Origin: Chara braunii
Lineage: Eukaryota; Plantae; Charophyceae
Assembly: GCA_003427395.1 (NCBI GenBank)
Contig: BFEA01000033.1
Location: 4,113,449 to 4,177,448, forward strand
Direction of reading: 5' to 3'
DNA length: 64,000 bases
A program made the translations under genes and the position numbers. Positions 25,940 to 39,261 of the stretch are shown in pieces. The notes beneath the pieces were generated by a model, which saw only the letters and a program-made list of their open reading frames with translations, was not told the DNA's origin and ran no database searches. Each line of letters starts with the position of its first letter. The first letter of the stretch is position 1.

Positions 25940-27999
25940 TAATATGAAGACGAAGTTAACTAAACTTTGTCTTTTCTCGATGTTGACCCTTTCTATCCCG
26001 ATTGACCTCATCTTCCTATACTTGTCCTAATCATTCTCGTTCTCTATCTCTTGTGTCTCCTCTCGTCTAACTTACGTTGAGGTTAGGGAAAATGAGAGCA
26101 ATTAAAATATGCTCGTGGTGGATATATTTGCTTTCTCTATAAAGTATTTGGGGCGGACGTTTGTTGCTTTAGGAGTTGGCCATGTTATCGACCCTGAGTG
26201 GACCGTTCTACGGAGGAGTACTTTGTCGATTCCATGGAGACGGCCGAACTTCCGAAATCCGAATCTTGTGCTTGAGCGAGGAGGAGGAGTACCTAGACCA
26301 CTTCCTCGAGGGCGGGACATGCAACACTTCAAGTAATGCACCTGATCAAGAATCATCCACAAAGCAGTCTGTCATTAAAGAAGTCTAAAACATATGAAGA
26401 GGAGTGATGACAGGAGTGTATAGCTAATCTTAGGTTGGCGGTAAGGTGGAATGGATAATTTGTTTTGACGCATTTCATCAAGTCAAAATAGAGGTAGTCC
26501 GACCACCCGATCTTTTGCATCGATATTATTATTAAAGCCAACTCCCACTTTACTATTCAGTATACTTTTTTCGAGTTCAACTTGAGGTGGGTGATTTTTA
26601 TTTTATGTTATTGACTTTATCATATGATATTCATGCATTCAGTTATTGTTTCAACTCATGTTAAATTCAGATGAACATTTCTATCGACTACTATTGTTTC
26701 GTTTTGATGTACTAATTATATTTTATCATTGTAACTTTTTTTTCCAGTTATATGTCTAAGGAACTAAGGTTGAGTTGTGGGTTTCACGCTTGGCTGAGGC
26801 CGTCCTAGTTGACCGACGTTCGCTTCGTACTTAGGAAATCAATTTCCTAAGAGACAGACAATGTTCGGGTCTACTTTATGTTTAACTAAACGTTTCCTAT
26901 ATTGCAGCGAATCGAGCAAACGTCATCAGTTTACTTACCTTTGCGACTACATTTAAAAGTTTCCGCATGTGAGTCAGTAGTTTGGAAGGAATACGCCCCT
27001 AAGATAGTGACAGCCCCTTAGGGAAGGTAAGTTGTATCCCGGGGGAACCCAACTTGTCTTAGAAAACCACAGGAAGTACGGTTGGCGCACCTGGTTAGAG
27101 CGGCAAGGTGGCAATGCAACCACGTCCGTCTCAGCGGTTTGCAGGGTTATTTCGCATTGTCCCCAAGTTGTCTATCGTTTTGTTTATTATTTAACTCCTG
27201 CATGACATGGTCAGGAGGGTTCTCGCCTTTTAGTAAGAAAACAGAAGTCGTGCACTCGATAGGTGGCGTCGTTGCCTGGGATAACAACTACCAACCATTG
27301 TCCCTGGTGGAACGACACTCGAGTATTTTATTTTTTGATGATGGATTAATTAACTGCATTCTGATTTATGAAAGTTAATTATTTTATCATCATTGATTGA
27401 TTTTTCATTGTTTCATAACTCTAGGAACTATGTGTTGATTTTATTCTGAAGATTATTTTGTTTATTCTGGGCGTTTCAGTTGGATGTAAGTTTTTAATAT
27501 TGTAATGTTAATTGAATCGTAATCTGTTATTATTTTGATACTTAATATTTATCGATACAAGTGAAACCGTTGTGGCGATGCTGCGGCCGCAAGAGTAGGA
27601 GGCATGAAGGAGGTTGGAGGAACGGGAGAATAGTCAAAATCGTTAGGGAATTTCGAAAGCACAAAAAAACGGAAACATCTTTTGTATGTGTTAGAGAGAG
27701 AAAGAGAGAGAGAGAAAGATGAGCAAAATCGAATGACTCCAACCCTGCAGCTACCCCCACGCAACTTCCATCGATAGGATGAATAAAATCGATTGATTTT
27801 TTTTTTTTTTTTTTTTTAGAGAGAGAGAAAAACAAAAACGATTTTCATCGTGGCTGCCCTCATGGTACTTTCATCGATAGGATGAGCAAAATCGAATGAC
27901 TCCAACCCCGCGGATGCCCCGATGCAACTTTCATCGATAGGATTAACAAAATTGAATGATTTTTTTTTTTTTTCTTGTGAGAGAGAGAGTGTATGTGTG

Positions 28000-28051
<52 letters not shown>

Positions 28052-30830
28052 GACGAGCCTTTCCATCAGCAGGATGAGCAACACACCGGCCAACAGGTAA
28101 GTCTCCAACCCCTCGACTGCCCGACGCAACTTTTATCGATAGAATGAGCAAAATCTATTGAATTTTCCGCTAGAATATGGAAAGCAACTCGTCGATTCCG
28201 CTTTGCGGCCTCCCCATCCTGCGTCGGTTCGTTGGCCCGACGGTCGGCAGACCTTCCCATGTCGCGCATGTTCGTAGGGCCGACGACCAGAATTTTCATG
28301 TCTTCTATCTTTTTCGTCCTGGGTCCGATACTCGGGGTCCCAAACCTCGACACCGGGTTTCTCGCCAGCGTCACGCGAGACCCAACTTTTCCTTTAGTAG
28401 TATCGAGATTATCTATAAATTCTGAGTTATTATGTTGAGAATTACCGTCTTTCATGTGTAATATTTTAATCAGATACTTTATCATGAACTTGGAGTATTC
28501 TTTTAGTTATTATCTTATTCTATCGGTTTTTTGTGACATCTATGATTGTTCTGGAGCTATTTGGAACGTTGTCTATCAAAGGTTAACTTTTTTTCCATAT
28601 TGTTTTGCTAAGTTAAGCATTTTATTTATGTAATTGGATTGAGGCATATTTCAATTGATCAGTTTCGCCAAACTCCTATTTATTTTGATATGCTGTAGTT
28701 TATATTTATGTGATGCAGAAAAGCATTTATTTTATTGTTGGAAATTATTTAGCTCGGATTATGAAATTTCACGTGAAAACTCTTGTTTTAAATTGTTATC
28801 ATTGTATCGTTATTAATGAGCATTTTTTATTGAACTTGGTTGTGAGTTTGTTATCATGTTTCAATAAATTTCTGATAAAATTTTGAGTTTCGTATGTGGT
28901 TGTGAGGCTTGCGCGGAGCTATGCTCCTGGTCCATAGTGAAATGTTGTATTATGAATCTTATGTGGTTTCATGAAGAAGGACTACTTTATCACTGAAAGG
29001 AAGGAAGGTGTTGATGTCTCGTTAGAATGTTGTATGTAGGGTAGGTGACTATCATTTTTCGTAAGGAAAGAAGTGACTAGCTAACCTCGTATCAAGCATA
29101 TTCACCGTACCTCTATGGTGGGGGTCTAGCCAACCTTGGTCATGTGAGGTGGGGTTGTTTTACTCTAAATGCAGAGGAGTGACGGGGTCGAAAGCACTGG
29201 AATCGGAGGGAATGTGGTGGGGCTCGAATCTAAAGCGGTGCTTGATATCGAGATATTATCCCATGAAGTGGGTTACACCACCCCTCGACGCATACACAAA
29301 CTGGGATCGAGATATTATCCCATGAAGCGGTGTTTGATATCGAGATATTATCCCATGAAGTGAGTTTCAAACTTGGACGAGGAATTTTGATGAATGGTTT
29401 TTTTCATGAATGATTAGTTCAAATTTTGTCCAATCTACTCCAGGAGGTTACCTTTTTTGAAAGATCTTCCGGGCTAGGCTACCAGAGTGGGTCGGGGGCA
29501 CTTGCCCGACCGGGTCAAAAAAAATAAAAATAAGAAACTTATTTTAGTGAAGAAGTTAGATGTCACCATGAGGCAAACGTTGTTCAATTATTTTCTCTGC
29601 ATATTGGATGTTTTGGATTTTTTCTTTTTTTTTGGGGGGGGGGACCTTCCCTGGTCCTTGCACAGACTGGCGGCCCGGCTGATAGCCTAGCTATCAGGGG
29701 GTTAATCATGCCTTTTTTTTTATATTGTATGGATGTATCAACCAAATCGATTTTATTTTGGGATTAGCCTAAGGGTTTCCGGTACCATTATCATAGACAA
29801 ATGTGGTTTTTTGATTGACGGTCAATGGGATGATGTTGGGACCATTTTTATCCCCAAATAGAAGGCCTCCAGAGGCTAGACATGGGTCCAAGTTTGATTT
29901 AGGCTTGCCAGAGGCGGAATCTGATACCATTTCATCCATTTAAGTGCTTATATTGATTGTAAGCCTTCTGGACGCCAAATCCAGTTTATTGTTATTGCTA
30001 TTATGAATATGTTGGTGGAAAATTTTCGGCTCAGTTCCAGATGGTTGTTTGAATTGTTGTGTATTGTAATTGTGGCTTTCATATAAGAATTTTTTATAAG
30101 GACATTGATTTTGTTCAAGTTGTTCGTTTGTTGTGAACGGCAAAGACGTCGTTCAATGGGGTCCGAGAATGTTGTTAGAGCGGAAACCCTTAGTAATACA
30201 AGGGTATCTGCTTAGTATTTTTTATGTTAAACGTTGTCCGACATTTGTGGAATTTTTTAACTTGATGAGACAGACGCGTTTGGCGGAAGTTATTCAGACC
30301 TGCCCTATAACTAAGAGACGAAAACTCTTTTTGAACTTAAATCTGGATGGATGTCGACGTTCAGGATAAACGATGTAGCCGGTTGTATTTCACTTTCAGT
30401 AGGGTCGCAGAGACACGCGAACATGAAAATGCTAAAGTTATACCTATCTACTAAAAATAGTGACGGGTGCGTGCTAAGCCGCATGATTTAGAGTCTAAGC
30501 GGCTGACAACCGTGTCAGGGTGCATGGCAGTTGCCGACCAAGGAAAAAACAACCCTATGGCAAAAGGGGGCTAGTGGGGCCTGCCAAGCCACAAAAGGGC
30601 GACACCGTAACACAATTTTTTTTTCATAAAGAAGAGTGTTTCTCCTTCTTTCGAAATAGAATATAACCTAATCGATAACATGTTAACCTAATACAGTACG
30701 ATTTTGGGGATTAAGGTCAGGACGTTGTTGGGTTTGCTCCTTTGGTAGAGTAGCAACTAAGCCTTAAGCAGTTGGTGCGACCGATTTCAGTCGCATTGTT
30801 GGGCATGACGGTCCCACACCCTGCAACAAG
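25940..30830 (+). mobile_element. Non-autonomous Gypsy-type LTR retrotransposon, copy 2
   Basis: 25940-27261 is homologous to 5320-6766. PBS TGGCGTCGTTGCCTGGGA at 27264-27281. Internal 28750-30170 is homologous to 8150-9863, and 30245-30790 is homologous to 21955-22495. Confidence 0.7.
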
Positions 30831-31180
30831 TGTCGAACCTCACGGGTGTGTCACGCAGGAGTAAGCACTTTGCCTTGAGTCAACGTAGACACCACTCTGA
30901 CCGTGTGCACCAGTTATACCTCTCACGGCTCCCTGCGACGGGACGGATCTCCACGACGTACAACTTACATTTACCTGAGGGGATGTCACCACCCTTAGGT
31001 AGGCGTATCCCTATTGAGCTACTAACCTACGTGTGAAGACTTTTACTTGCAATCACAGAGGTAAGTCAACCAAGGGTGTTTGCTCGATCGTCGTAGCATA
31101 GGCATATGAGCGGTAAAACGTCTAAGACTAACTCGTACACACGTCGGGCATCGGGGCGCTGATCTCCCGGACCGACTTAC
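30831..31180 (-). mobile_element. Inverted LTR end of a related, more diverged element
   Basis: The reverse complement aligns with the LTR 3' module (GGAGATCAGCG...GAGCAAAC...TAGGGATACGCC...ACTCCTGCGTGACA) and ends ...GTTCGACA. Confidence 0.7.
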
Positions 31181-32209
31181 AATTTAGACTGACTTGACTG
31201 ACAAACTTTCACGTTTACAAAGTTTAAATCTATTTGCCCTTAACCCATAAAGTATATATGTTGTACAAACCTCTTCTAGTTAATATACTTGTAATGAATA
31301 TACTTCAAGGATTGAGACTTAAAAGCAGGGAGATGTCTTTACATTTTCACAGAGGTAAAGACAAACATCAGAATGCATGAAGCTTTGACTTTAGGAAGAG
31401 AAACCAACATAGTTTTTGTTTTTTTAATTATGTATCAAAAATAAGATAGGCTCGTGGTCTTTTAATGAAATATGAAATGTATAAGGCTCTTGGTTTTGCC
31501 AATGATCTTAATCCGCTTAACATCAAGAAATATAAAAGTCGGATATCCAAACCAAATGTTCAAAGTTTACGCGTCAATGAAGTGTCTGAGTTAAGGCTCA
31601 GATGAGCATAAGTTAATCAACGTGAGTTATAAAATGAATCACGCATGGATGGTCGTTTAACTGACCTGCAAATAAAACCAAACGCATTACACAATTTTGA
31701 TAATATCAATCATTTGTTCACTTTCACACTTACGCTCTCGAACCTCTCACAACCAGACATTTTTTTTTCGACTTAGTCATTCAGTCTCATCTAACTTTAG
31801 TCATTCAAAGACCATTTTTGACCAAACACAGACTCTTTAGACAGTGACCTGAAAATCGAAAATGTCTTTTAGTGTAGGGTTCGATGCAAAGTGTGGGTGT
31901 CCATGGTGAGTGAGGATTGAGTCGGCAAACTGACCTGTTACTGTGAAACAACAACATGTGGTATTGTATAGACTGATGATGAGTCTTCTTGGTTGAGATG
32001 ACTTATAATCACACACAGGGTAACACGGTCCTAACACCCATTTGTTATGGTTATAACCCTATCTGAAGTTTTGTAATCCGAACTTCAAATTTAACAAAGG
32101 ACAATTCTTTTTAAAGAAGTAGTCCATTGGATTTTATATCCGATCGTATATGAGAGATAACTACTCGATCAAAGTAATATAAGGATCTTTTATGTCTAAT
32201 CAGACTAAA

Positions 32210-34225
32210 AGTAAGTAGGTAGACCCTCACTTACGCCATCATCCTACCACTTCTTCTAAAACCAATCAATTTGAACTAAGTCGAGCAGTAAAACGACTCA
32301 TACTAGAGTATCATGTCATTTTGATTAATATAAACTCAGACAATCAACATGAAATTCACACTAGAGTATCTCTCTTTTCTTTTCTCTGTTCTTTTTAGTT
32401 TGAGCACACGCAAGTAGTAGATTGATTCGCACTGGAGTCTTCTGCCACTTGTTCAATATTAGACAATTCATATCAAAATAAGTAGTCAGATAAATCACAT
32501 TGGAGGGTTTAACTGCCCTTTTAATATCGTTTAACCTGCATATACCCAAACATTCAAAACGAGTAGTATGATAATTCATACTTAAGTACCCCACTACCCT
32601 TCAATATTAACAAATAGTAGGATAACTCATACTGGAGCATCCCACTATTTGTTTAGCGTCCAACAGTCAAATCACATCACATTACAGTTCAACATAAGTT
32701 AGTGTACAATTCAAATTAGTAACAAAATGACCCTCACTAAAGACCCCTACTACCTTTTTAATCTTCAAACGGGTAATATGATGATTCTCACTGGAGTATC
32801 CTACTACCCGCTCGAATATAACGCATACTATGACCCTCAGTGGAGTATCCTATTACCCGTTCGAGCAGATGGCATGTTAACAAGTAGACAACAAATAGTA
32901 GGATGACTCACACTGAAGTATCCTACCACTTTCACTGTTGGTTAGTTTAGATTCAAGTTGGTGATAGGTTTACCCTCACTAGAGTCACCTACTATCTGAA
33001 TTTTGCGTAGTCTGACTTCAAACAAGGAATAGGATGACCCTCACTGAAGTATCCTACTACCGTTGTAATGTTTAACAAGCAGATTGTATGTAAGCATTTT
33101 GAAACAACCAGTAGGATGACTCACACTGAAGTATTCTACCACTTTTTCACTACCAGTTAGTTTGGATTCAGAAAGGTAATAATCGAAATTATTACCGAAG
33201 CTCCCTATTACTGCTTCAATGAAAGTGGAGTCTAATCCTTTGAACAAGCAATAGAACCCTGCCCCTTATTACAAATTCACTATAAAATCATCAAGTTGTT
33301 AGTAATTATTCATGCCTTTCAATAGTCATACGTTAAACAAGCACTAAGACCACTCGCACTAGAGTATCCCACTATCATTCGTCCATATGCATTTTATACG
33401 ACCCGTAATGTCAATCAACCTGGGTCAAACAAGTATTAAAATAAACTGCATAGAAGTCTCCTACTACCAGCACGACATGTAGGTTTGCAGTAGAATGACT
33501 CACACTAGAGACATTCTACTATTCACCTACCATAAGGTCATCGGTATATACAATACTAAAACACTTATGCGCAAACGATGTGCACATAGACAAGTGTCAT
33601 AATAAGTCCAATACAATGCAATGCACTTATAACTTTATGTCACACGAGTAGTAGGGTAGTATTCACTGAAGCATCCCACTACTATTTCAATATCAGGCAA
33701 ACAATCGGTTCAAGTACGTAGTGAGGTAACTCACACTGAAGCACCCCACCACCCTTCAATATTTAGTCATCCTAATCTCGAATGGGAAATAGAGCGACTC
33801 TCACTGAAGTACTCGACTACCCTTCAAGACTGATCATACTAAGATTAAACCAGTAATAGGATGACCTTCACTAGAGCTTTCTACTGTCGGTTTGATATCC
33901 AACAAACAATATTTACTAACAACTTACATGTGGATAATTAGTAGGATAATGCGCACTTTATCCAGTATTGATCAATTTATATATATAAGCATATACATGC
34001 GAGTGGTACAACAACTTGCACTGGAGCGTCCACCCTGTCACTTTTTCAAACAGCCTATGTCAAAACAAGTAGTAGAACTACCCTTACTAGAGCCGCTTAC
34101 TACTTACAAGAAGGATTCAACAAGCGATTGAGTGACTCATTCTTGAACTTTCTATTGCTTGTTTAGTCCAAATGATATAGACTTAGATAGTCATTAGGAT
34201 GACCCACACTGAGGTATCTTATTGT
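32210..34225. repeat. Array of ~25 palindromic ~35-bp repeats with variable spacers
   Basis: Consensus GTAGTAGGATGACTCACACTGAAGTATCCTACTAC recurs about every 50-100 bp (e.g. 32620, 32782, 32898, 33031, 33111, 33490, 33651, 33721, 33857, 34194). Confidence 0.85.
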
Positions 34226-34533
34226 TTGTCTCTTGGGGAAGGGCGACCTTGCACCATGGCTTAATTCTTCTTTCTTATTCTTATTTTTTCAGTTTTCGGT
34301 TGCCCTTATATTGTTCCCCATCAATCAACTTACATATCCTGCAAGGGTATGTTAGATGTAAGTCAGTATATGCGGCCTGCATGTCTGCTTGGTGCCTTCA
34401 ACTTAATACATCTGACCAAAATCCCAACCAGGTTTGAATTAGTGTACCGCGCAAGACTGTGGTTTCAATTAGAATAACTAATGTCAACTTGAATAATAAT
34501 GAAACGAAAAAAAACAACGACAATAATGACGAT

Positions 34534-34534
34534 G

Positions 34535-34586
<52 letters not shown>
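34534..34586. repeat. (AAT)n microsatellite
   Basis: Read directly from the sequence. Confidence 0.95.
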
Positions 34587-35413
34587 GGGATGTTGACAGT
34601 CTATCTTCCTAGTTTGGTACAGTTGAAGTCGAGCCGCATTATGTTTGAGGGAAATTGATAACCGATTACCGAACCCGAGCCCTTGTCTTCTCCCTCTCTC
34701 TACCTTGTGGCCTTTCTTTTCCCTTCACATCAACTTTCTTCTTCTTCTTTTTCTTCTTGGGTGCACGTATGGATAGGTAAGTCGTGTGAACTCACAGAAC
34801 CTGCCGTACGTGTCTGCCTTGGGTGCACGGACCAGATCAGCACGAGGAAAGATAGTTGTTGGGATGAGTTAGTAGGAAATGGACGAGTGGGAGGTACGAA
34901 CCAAAGGGTTGGCTACTGGAAGTTTCACAGTAGGTAGCTAGGAAGGAAGGCAGCTGGAGCGTTGAACGATCCGTTGGTGGAAGGCCGAAGATGGGTGAGA
35001 CAAGACTTGTTAAGCATCAGCTGGTGGAAGGCTGAAGACGGGTGAGACGAGATTTACTAAGCATGGTGGTGGAAAGCCGGTGAGGTGAGGGAGTTTACGG
35101 AACCGGCAGTGCACAACTGCTGTACGGGGACCAGACTAGTGCGAAGAGAGGTAGTGAGTGGTCGACGACGGGTGATGGAAGTCTGTTGTGGAAGTGAGCC
35201 AGGAGTATGAGCTACTAAACGCACCACCACATAGGGATCGAGGAATATGAATGACGGTTCCCACTACGAGTGATAAGCAGGAGGAGCTAATTAGAAGGGG
35301 GGAGGCTCCTAAAGGTACTAGTTGAGAGATCGTGGCCTGGAGAATAACGGAAGCTGGAGATACGCACCTGTCGAGAGCCGGAAGGGGATAGTGGTCTGAA
35401 GTGCCTAGTGTGA

Positions 35414-36433
35414 GTGTGTGACAGTAGAGGGAACATCTACCTGTCCCTAGGGAGGAGGTCTGTTGAATACGACGAGGTGTTGCAGGTTGATAGTACCATT
35501 TTTATGTATCCCCCGCAGACTACACCTGGTTTGTATACCGTTAGTTATGGCGGAGCGGCTCATACGCAGAATGGGAGGAGCTGGCAGAGCCAAGGCCGGG
35601 GGAACTACGGATCAGTCAGTATAGGACAGGGTGCCTACAACCAGCCAAGGAGGAATGATGAAGAGGATCGGTTGAATAGGCTGCTCTCATTTGTAGAGAA
35701 TCAGCAGTTGGAAACAACGAAGAAGAAGAAGGCTGAGCAAAAGAAGAAGAGGCTGGAAGAAAAAAAGTAGAGGTTGGAAGAAGCTAAACAAAGGGAGGAA
35801 GCAGAGAGGCGGAGGGCGCAAGCGAGAATGGAAGCTACTGCGGCACAAGCATTTGTTATACAGATGGCGGCGTTAGAGGAGAAAATTAAGGATCATGTGC
35901 ACTCGACACTCACAGCGTCCGAAGAGAAGACTCGGAGTGCGAAGCTGCATGATAGCCTGTTGCGGTTCCTGGAACGTACGGAAGGGGAGGTGCAGAAGAG
36001 ACCCAGAGGTGAACCTTACCTGAACCCGATGAGGAGGCTTGACCTGAATGATTGTGAACGTGGAGTAAATGTCGTTGGGAGGAGTGAGGGTATGCCCACC
36101 ACTAGGAGGAGGACTGCAGTCACAAGGAAGGGTAAAGAGCCAGCCAGCGCAGAAGGGAGGAGGAAAGGGGCAGTTGCTTCATGTTCTAAGCAAGGGGTGA
36201 TCGATTTCGTCCTGGAGTTGCGTGAGAGCATGCAAGCGAAGCAAGCACCGAAACTCAAGCAGTTATGCAGGCTGAAGAATATGAGGTGGGTACCAAAAGG
36301 GCAGGCGATCAAGGACCTGGTAGCAGCGGAAACAAGAGAGGCGTATGACGGTTGGCTGACCGGAGCGGATAGCGATGAAAGCAAGAGGGAAAACGGAGGT
36401 TTGGGGGAAGATACTGCCCCACTCGCAGATTGA
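35414..36433 (+). pseudogene. Upstream coiled-coil ORF of the Penelope-like element (one internal TAG)
   Basis: ORFs 35414-35770 and 35774-36433 share a frame. E/K/R-rich coiled coil plus a possible SAP-like helix motif (KLKQLCRLKNM...KGQAIKDL). Confidence 0.55.
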
Positions 36434-37008
36434 CGGTGCGCCCCTCCAGCACGTTACCTTTGGGGCAAACTTCTGTTGTACTTGGAGCTCCGAGATAACG
36501 TCTGGGGGAAGTTTGGGATTACGAATTTCAGGATGAGTATTGAGCAAGTGATCATTGTTGTGTTCCTATTGCTGGTGGTGAGTGGAGTGGCCCCGTGGGA
36601 CAAGTTGATACTCATGGTGGCCCCTGCAGGACATGACTATTTTGATCTCAAGAGCCCGGCGGTATATTGCCTGGTGTCACCATGGTGTAAGAGGATGTAT
36701 ATCGGGCAGACAGTGCGTGGGGCAGGCGAGAGATGGTGGGAGCACATTCGGTGTACGGAGACTGGTAACTACGGACATGCCCCCAAGCTGTATTCCTTCC
36801 TGAAGGTCTTTGGATGGAAGAAATACCTTGTCCTCCTGATAACAGGTGGGACTGAAGAAGGTCTGCAGGCGCTGGAGAAGGCCCTTATCTGCAGATTCTC
36901 TCTAGCGCTAAATGTGGTTGGCCGCGGTGCAGGGACGAAGCAGAAAGCTAGGCCGGGTAAAAATGAGAGAAAAAAGACGAGAGCGACCATGCCAACACAT
37001 CGAAGAGT

Positions 37009-37955
37009 AACATAGGATTCGTGAAAACCAACAAAACAAATTGTTAGGTTTGCACGAAAATTTTCAAAGATTCTTATAGCACGTTTTTCAGGCCTCCTAC
37101 ATCAACAAAATTCTAGGTGAAGTTAAAGATCCACAAAAAATGAAATAAAAAACTACTTTTTCAAAACCACTCGAAGTGGTGAGAAGAAAAGCAGTTTTTT
37201 TTACAGAAAATCACTACCTTCCAAAACACTGTTTCTTCATGAACCAAAATATTATATTTTTTTCTTTATCTAAAGAAATCATATTTATAGTTTTATAAGG
37301 TATGCAACACGATGAACGTATTGGAGGGTCTCCCAAACACGCCATATGTTGTCCTTTTCACGAATACGTTTACTTGAATATATTCTCTCATACATGGACG
37401 AATATATTATTTTTTATTAAAATATTTTATCATTTTTTTATTTTAGATCGTGGTTGGTTAAGAATTTGAAGATGTTTCCGAGGCAAAAGTTGTTTGAATT
37501 CGTCTTTTACGTAACATATATTTTTTGACAAGGGTTTTACAGTAGGCTCAAAAAATGACTTATATGATTTATAAATTTATAAATGAGTTTTCACAGATTT
37601 TGGTTTTTACCAAGTACTCAAAATGACTTATAGTTTTATAAATGAGTATTCACTAAAATTGTTTTTTTTTTGTACATATTTCGAGTTTTTAAAGATTGTC
37701 TTGTTTACGCTCTGTTTTTTGTTAATCTGCTAAGAACAATTTATAGTCTTATAACACGCTCTTTGCTAAAAATAATTTTCTTGCATATTTTAAGAATTGC
37801 TAGACTTTTTGCCCGTTTTTTTGCATCCTTTCTTGGGACACAGTTAAAAATATTATTTTTTATGCGTCAAAAGTAACAGTTTGATGTTGTACTTTTTCAT
37901 TCTATAAAAAATGTTAGGTTTTGTCGTTTTGTTAGGTTTTCATGAATTCGGTGTT
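37009..37955. mobile_element. 947-bp MITE of the Sola-like family
   Basis: TIRs AACATAGGATTCGTGAAAACC / GGTTTTCATGAATTCGGTGTT with a perfect 4-bp TSD GAGT (37005-08, 37956-59). Removing it restores the host reading frame. Confidence 0.92.
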
Positions 37956-39261
37956 GAGTGGTCTTGTGCTTCACACTTGTGAGACAAGGGAAGCAATATT
38001 TCAGCTTAGCGGAGCTCTTGGAGGACACGTTCGTAGCAAAGGAGAAGGCGGTGGAAATAGTGTCATCCGACGGTGAGGTGTGGGGAGAAAAATGGTCCGT
38101 CATCCGAAGGAAGTTCGGGACGTCGACTGTTGTTGGTGAAGAGGTGAAGGTACCACTAGTGAGAGCCAAGCAGCTCCTGGAAAGAGGAGGCACATTCAGA
38201 GTGGCACCGGTAGTAAGAACGGAGAGCGCAAGGAGTAGGGGGAAGGGATATCTGAGACTGTTGCTGGAGATCTCGAGGAAACAGGGGGAACTGAAGTTCT
38301 TCGATGTCACTAAGCTGATCTTCCTGTACGGGTGCGCCAGAGAGTTCAAGACCAAGGCTGCACGGAGAACTCTGAAGGAGAAGATAGCTGCAGTGATTAG
38401 GAAGAAGACCGGGGTGAATATCAGACTGAAAGTCAATGTAGGTGTGAAGTATAGCCACCAGTTGAGGAAGAAGAAGATCCATGACACGGTGGTACTATGT
38501 GTGGAAAATAGTAAAGTTCATCCGGTACTAAAGACCGTGCTGCGTCGCAGGGTGAAAGCTGAGTGGTGTGGAAGAAGAACAGTACGGTCGAACAGGTCTT
38601 AACCAATCATCGGAAGACCGCAAGGGAGACTTCAACGGAATGCACTTCTAGCAAGGATCGACTGCCGAGGGTGGACGGGCATGTGTTAGCACGTGTCGCG
38701 CAGTGCCCGATGGTCCCAGGTCTCCTGCACAACGGGAAGAATGTCTTGCAAAACAGTGTCGGTACCGGGTCGACTGAAGTGCAGCGAGTTGTTGTAAGGT
38801 CTCTAGAAGCCGTCATGAGGAGGGATCTGGTCTATGTAGCGGACCCGAGTATGTTCCAGGAGAAAGTATCGAGCCGTGCAGAGACTAGACCGGCCTGCTC
38901 AGAGGAGCAGGCGAGAGAGATAGCAGCAAGGGTGAGCCACCTGGTTGTGGTCCCAATAGACAGGAACCCGAGAGACCTTGTGGTGATGTGCCCGTCGACG
39001 TACCACCATGGCCTCTAGATGATGTTCAATCTCAATATCGCCCACCAACAAGTTTTGGAGAAGTCCGAGAAAGAAGTGTTAACTGAAGTGAAGACGGAGT
39101 TCAGGAAGCAAACCCTTGACAAGGTCGGAGCTTGGAACCCAGGAGCTAGACTAGGGCAGGCGTACGTCCTACCGAAACATAAGGACCTGACGAGGTGAAG
39201 GCCTATAGCACCGGCGACAACGGAGGGGTCCAAGACTGCGGGGAGGAGACTAGCACGAGCA

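Noticed and set aside
29474-29690. Small MITE with CTAGGCTAYCAG termini
   Set aside because: A 12-bp TIR is visible but the flanks match only 5/8, too weak to classify.
32210-34225. True CRISPR array
   Set aside because: Repeats are degenerate, spacing is irregular, some spacers are related to each other, there are no cas genes and the context is eukaryotic. Kept only as a CRISPR-like repeat.
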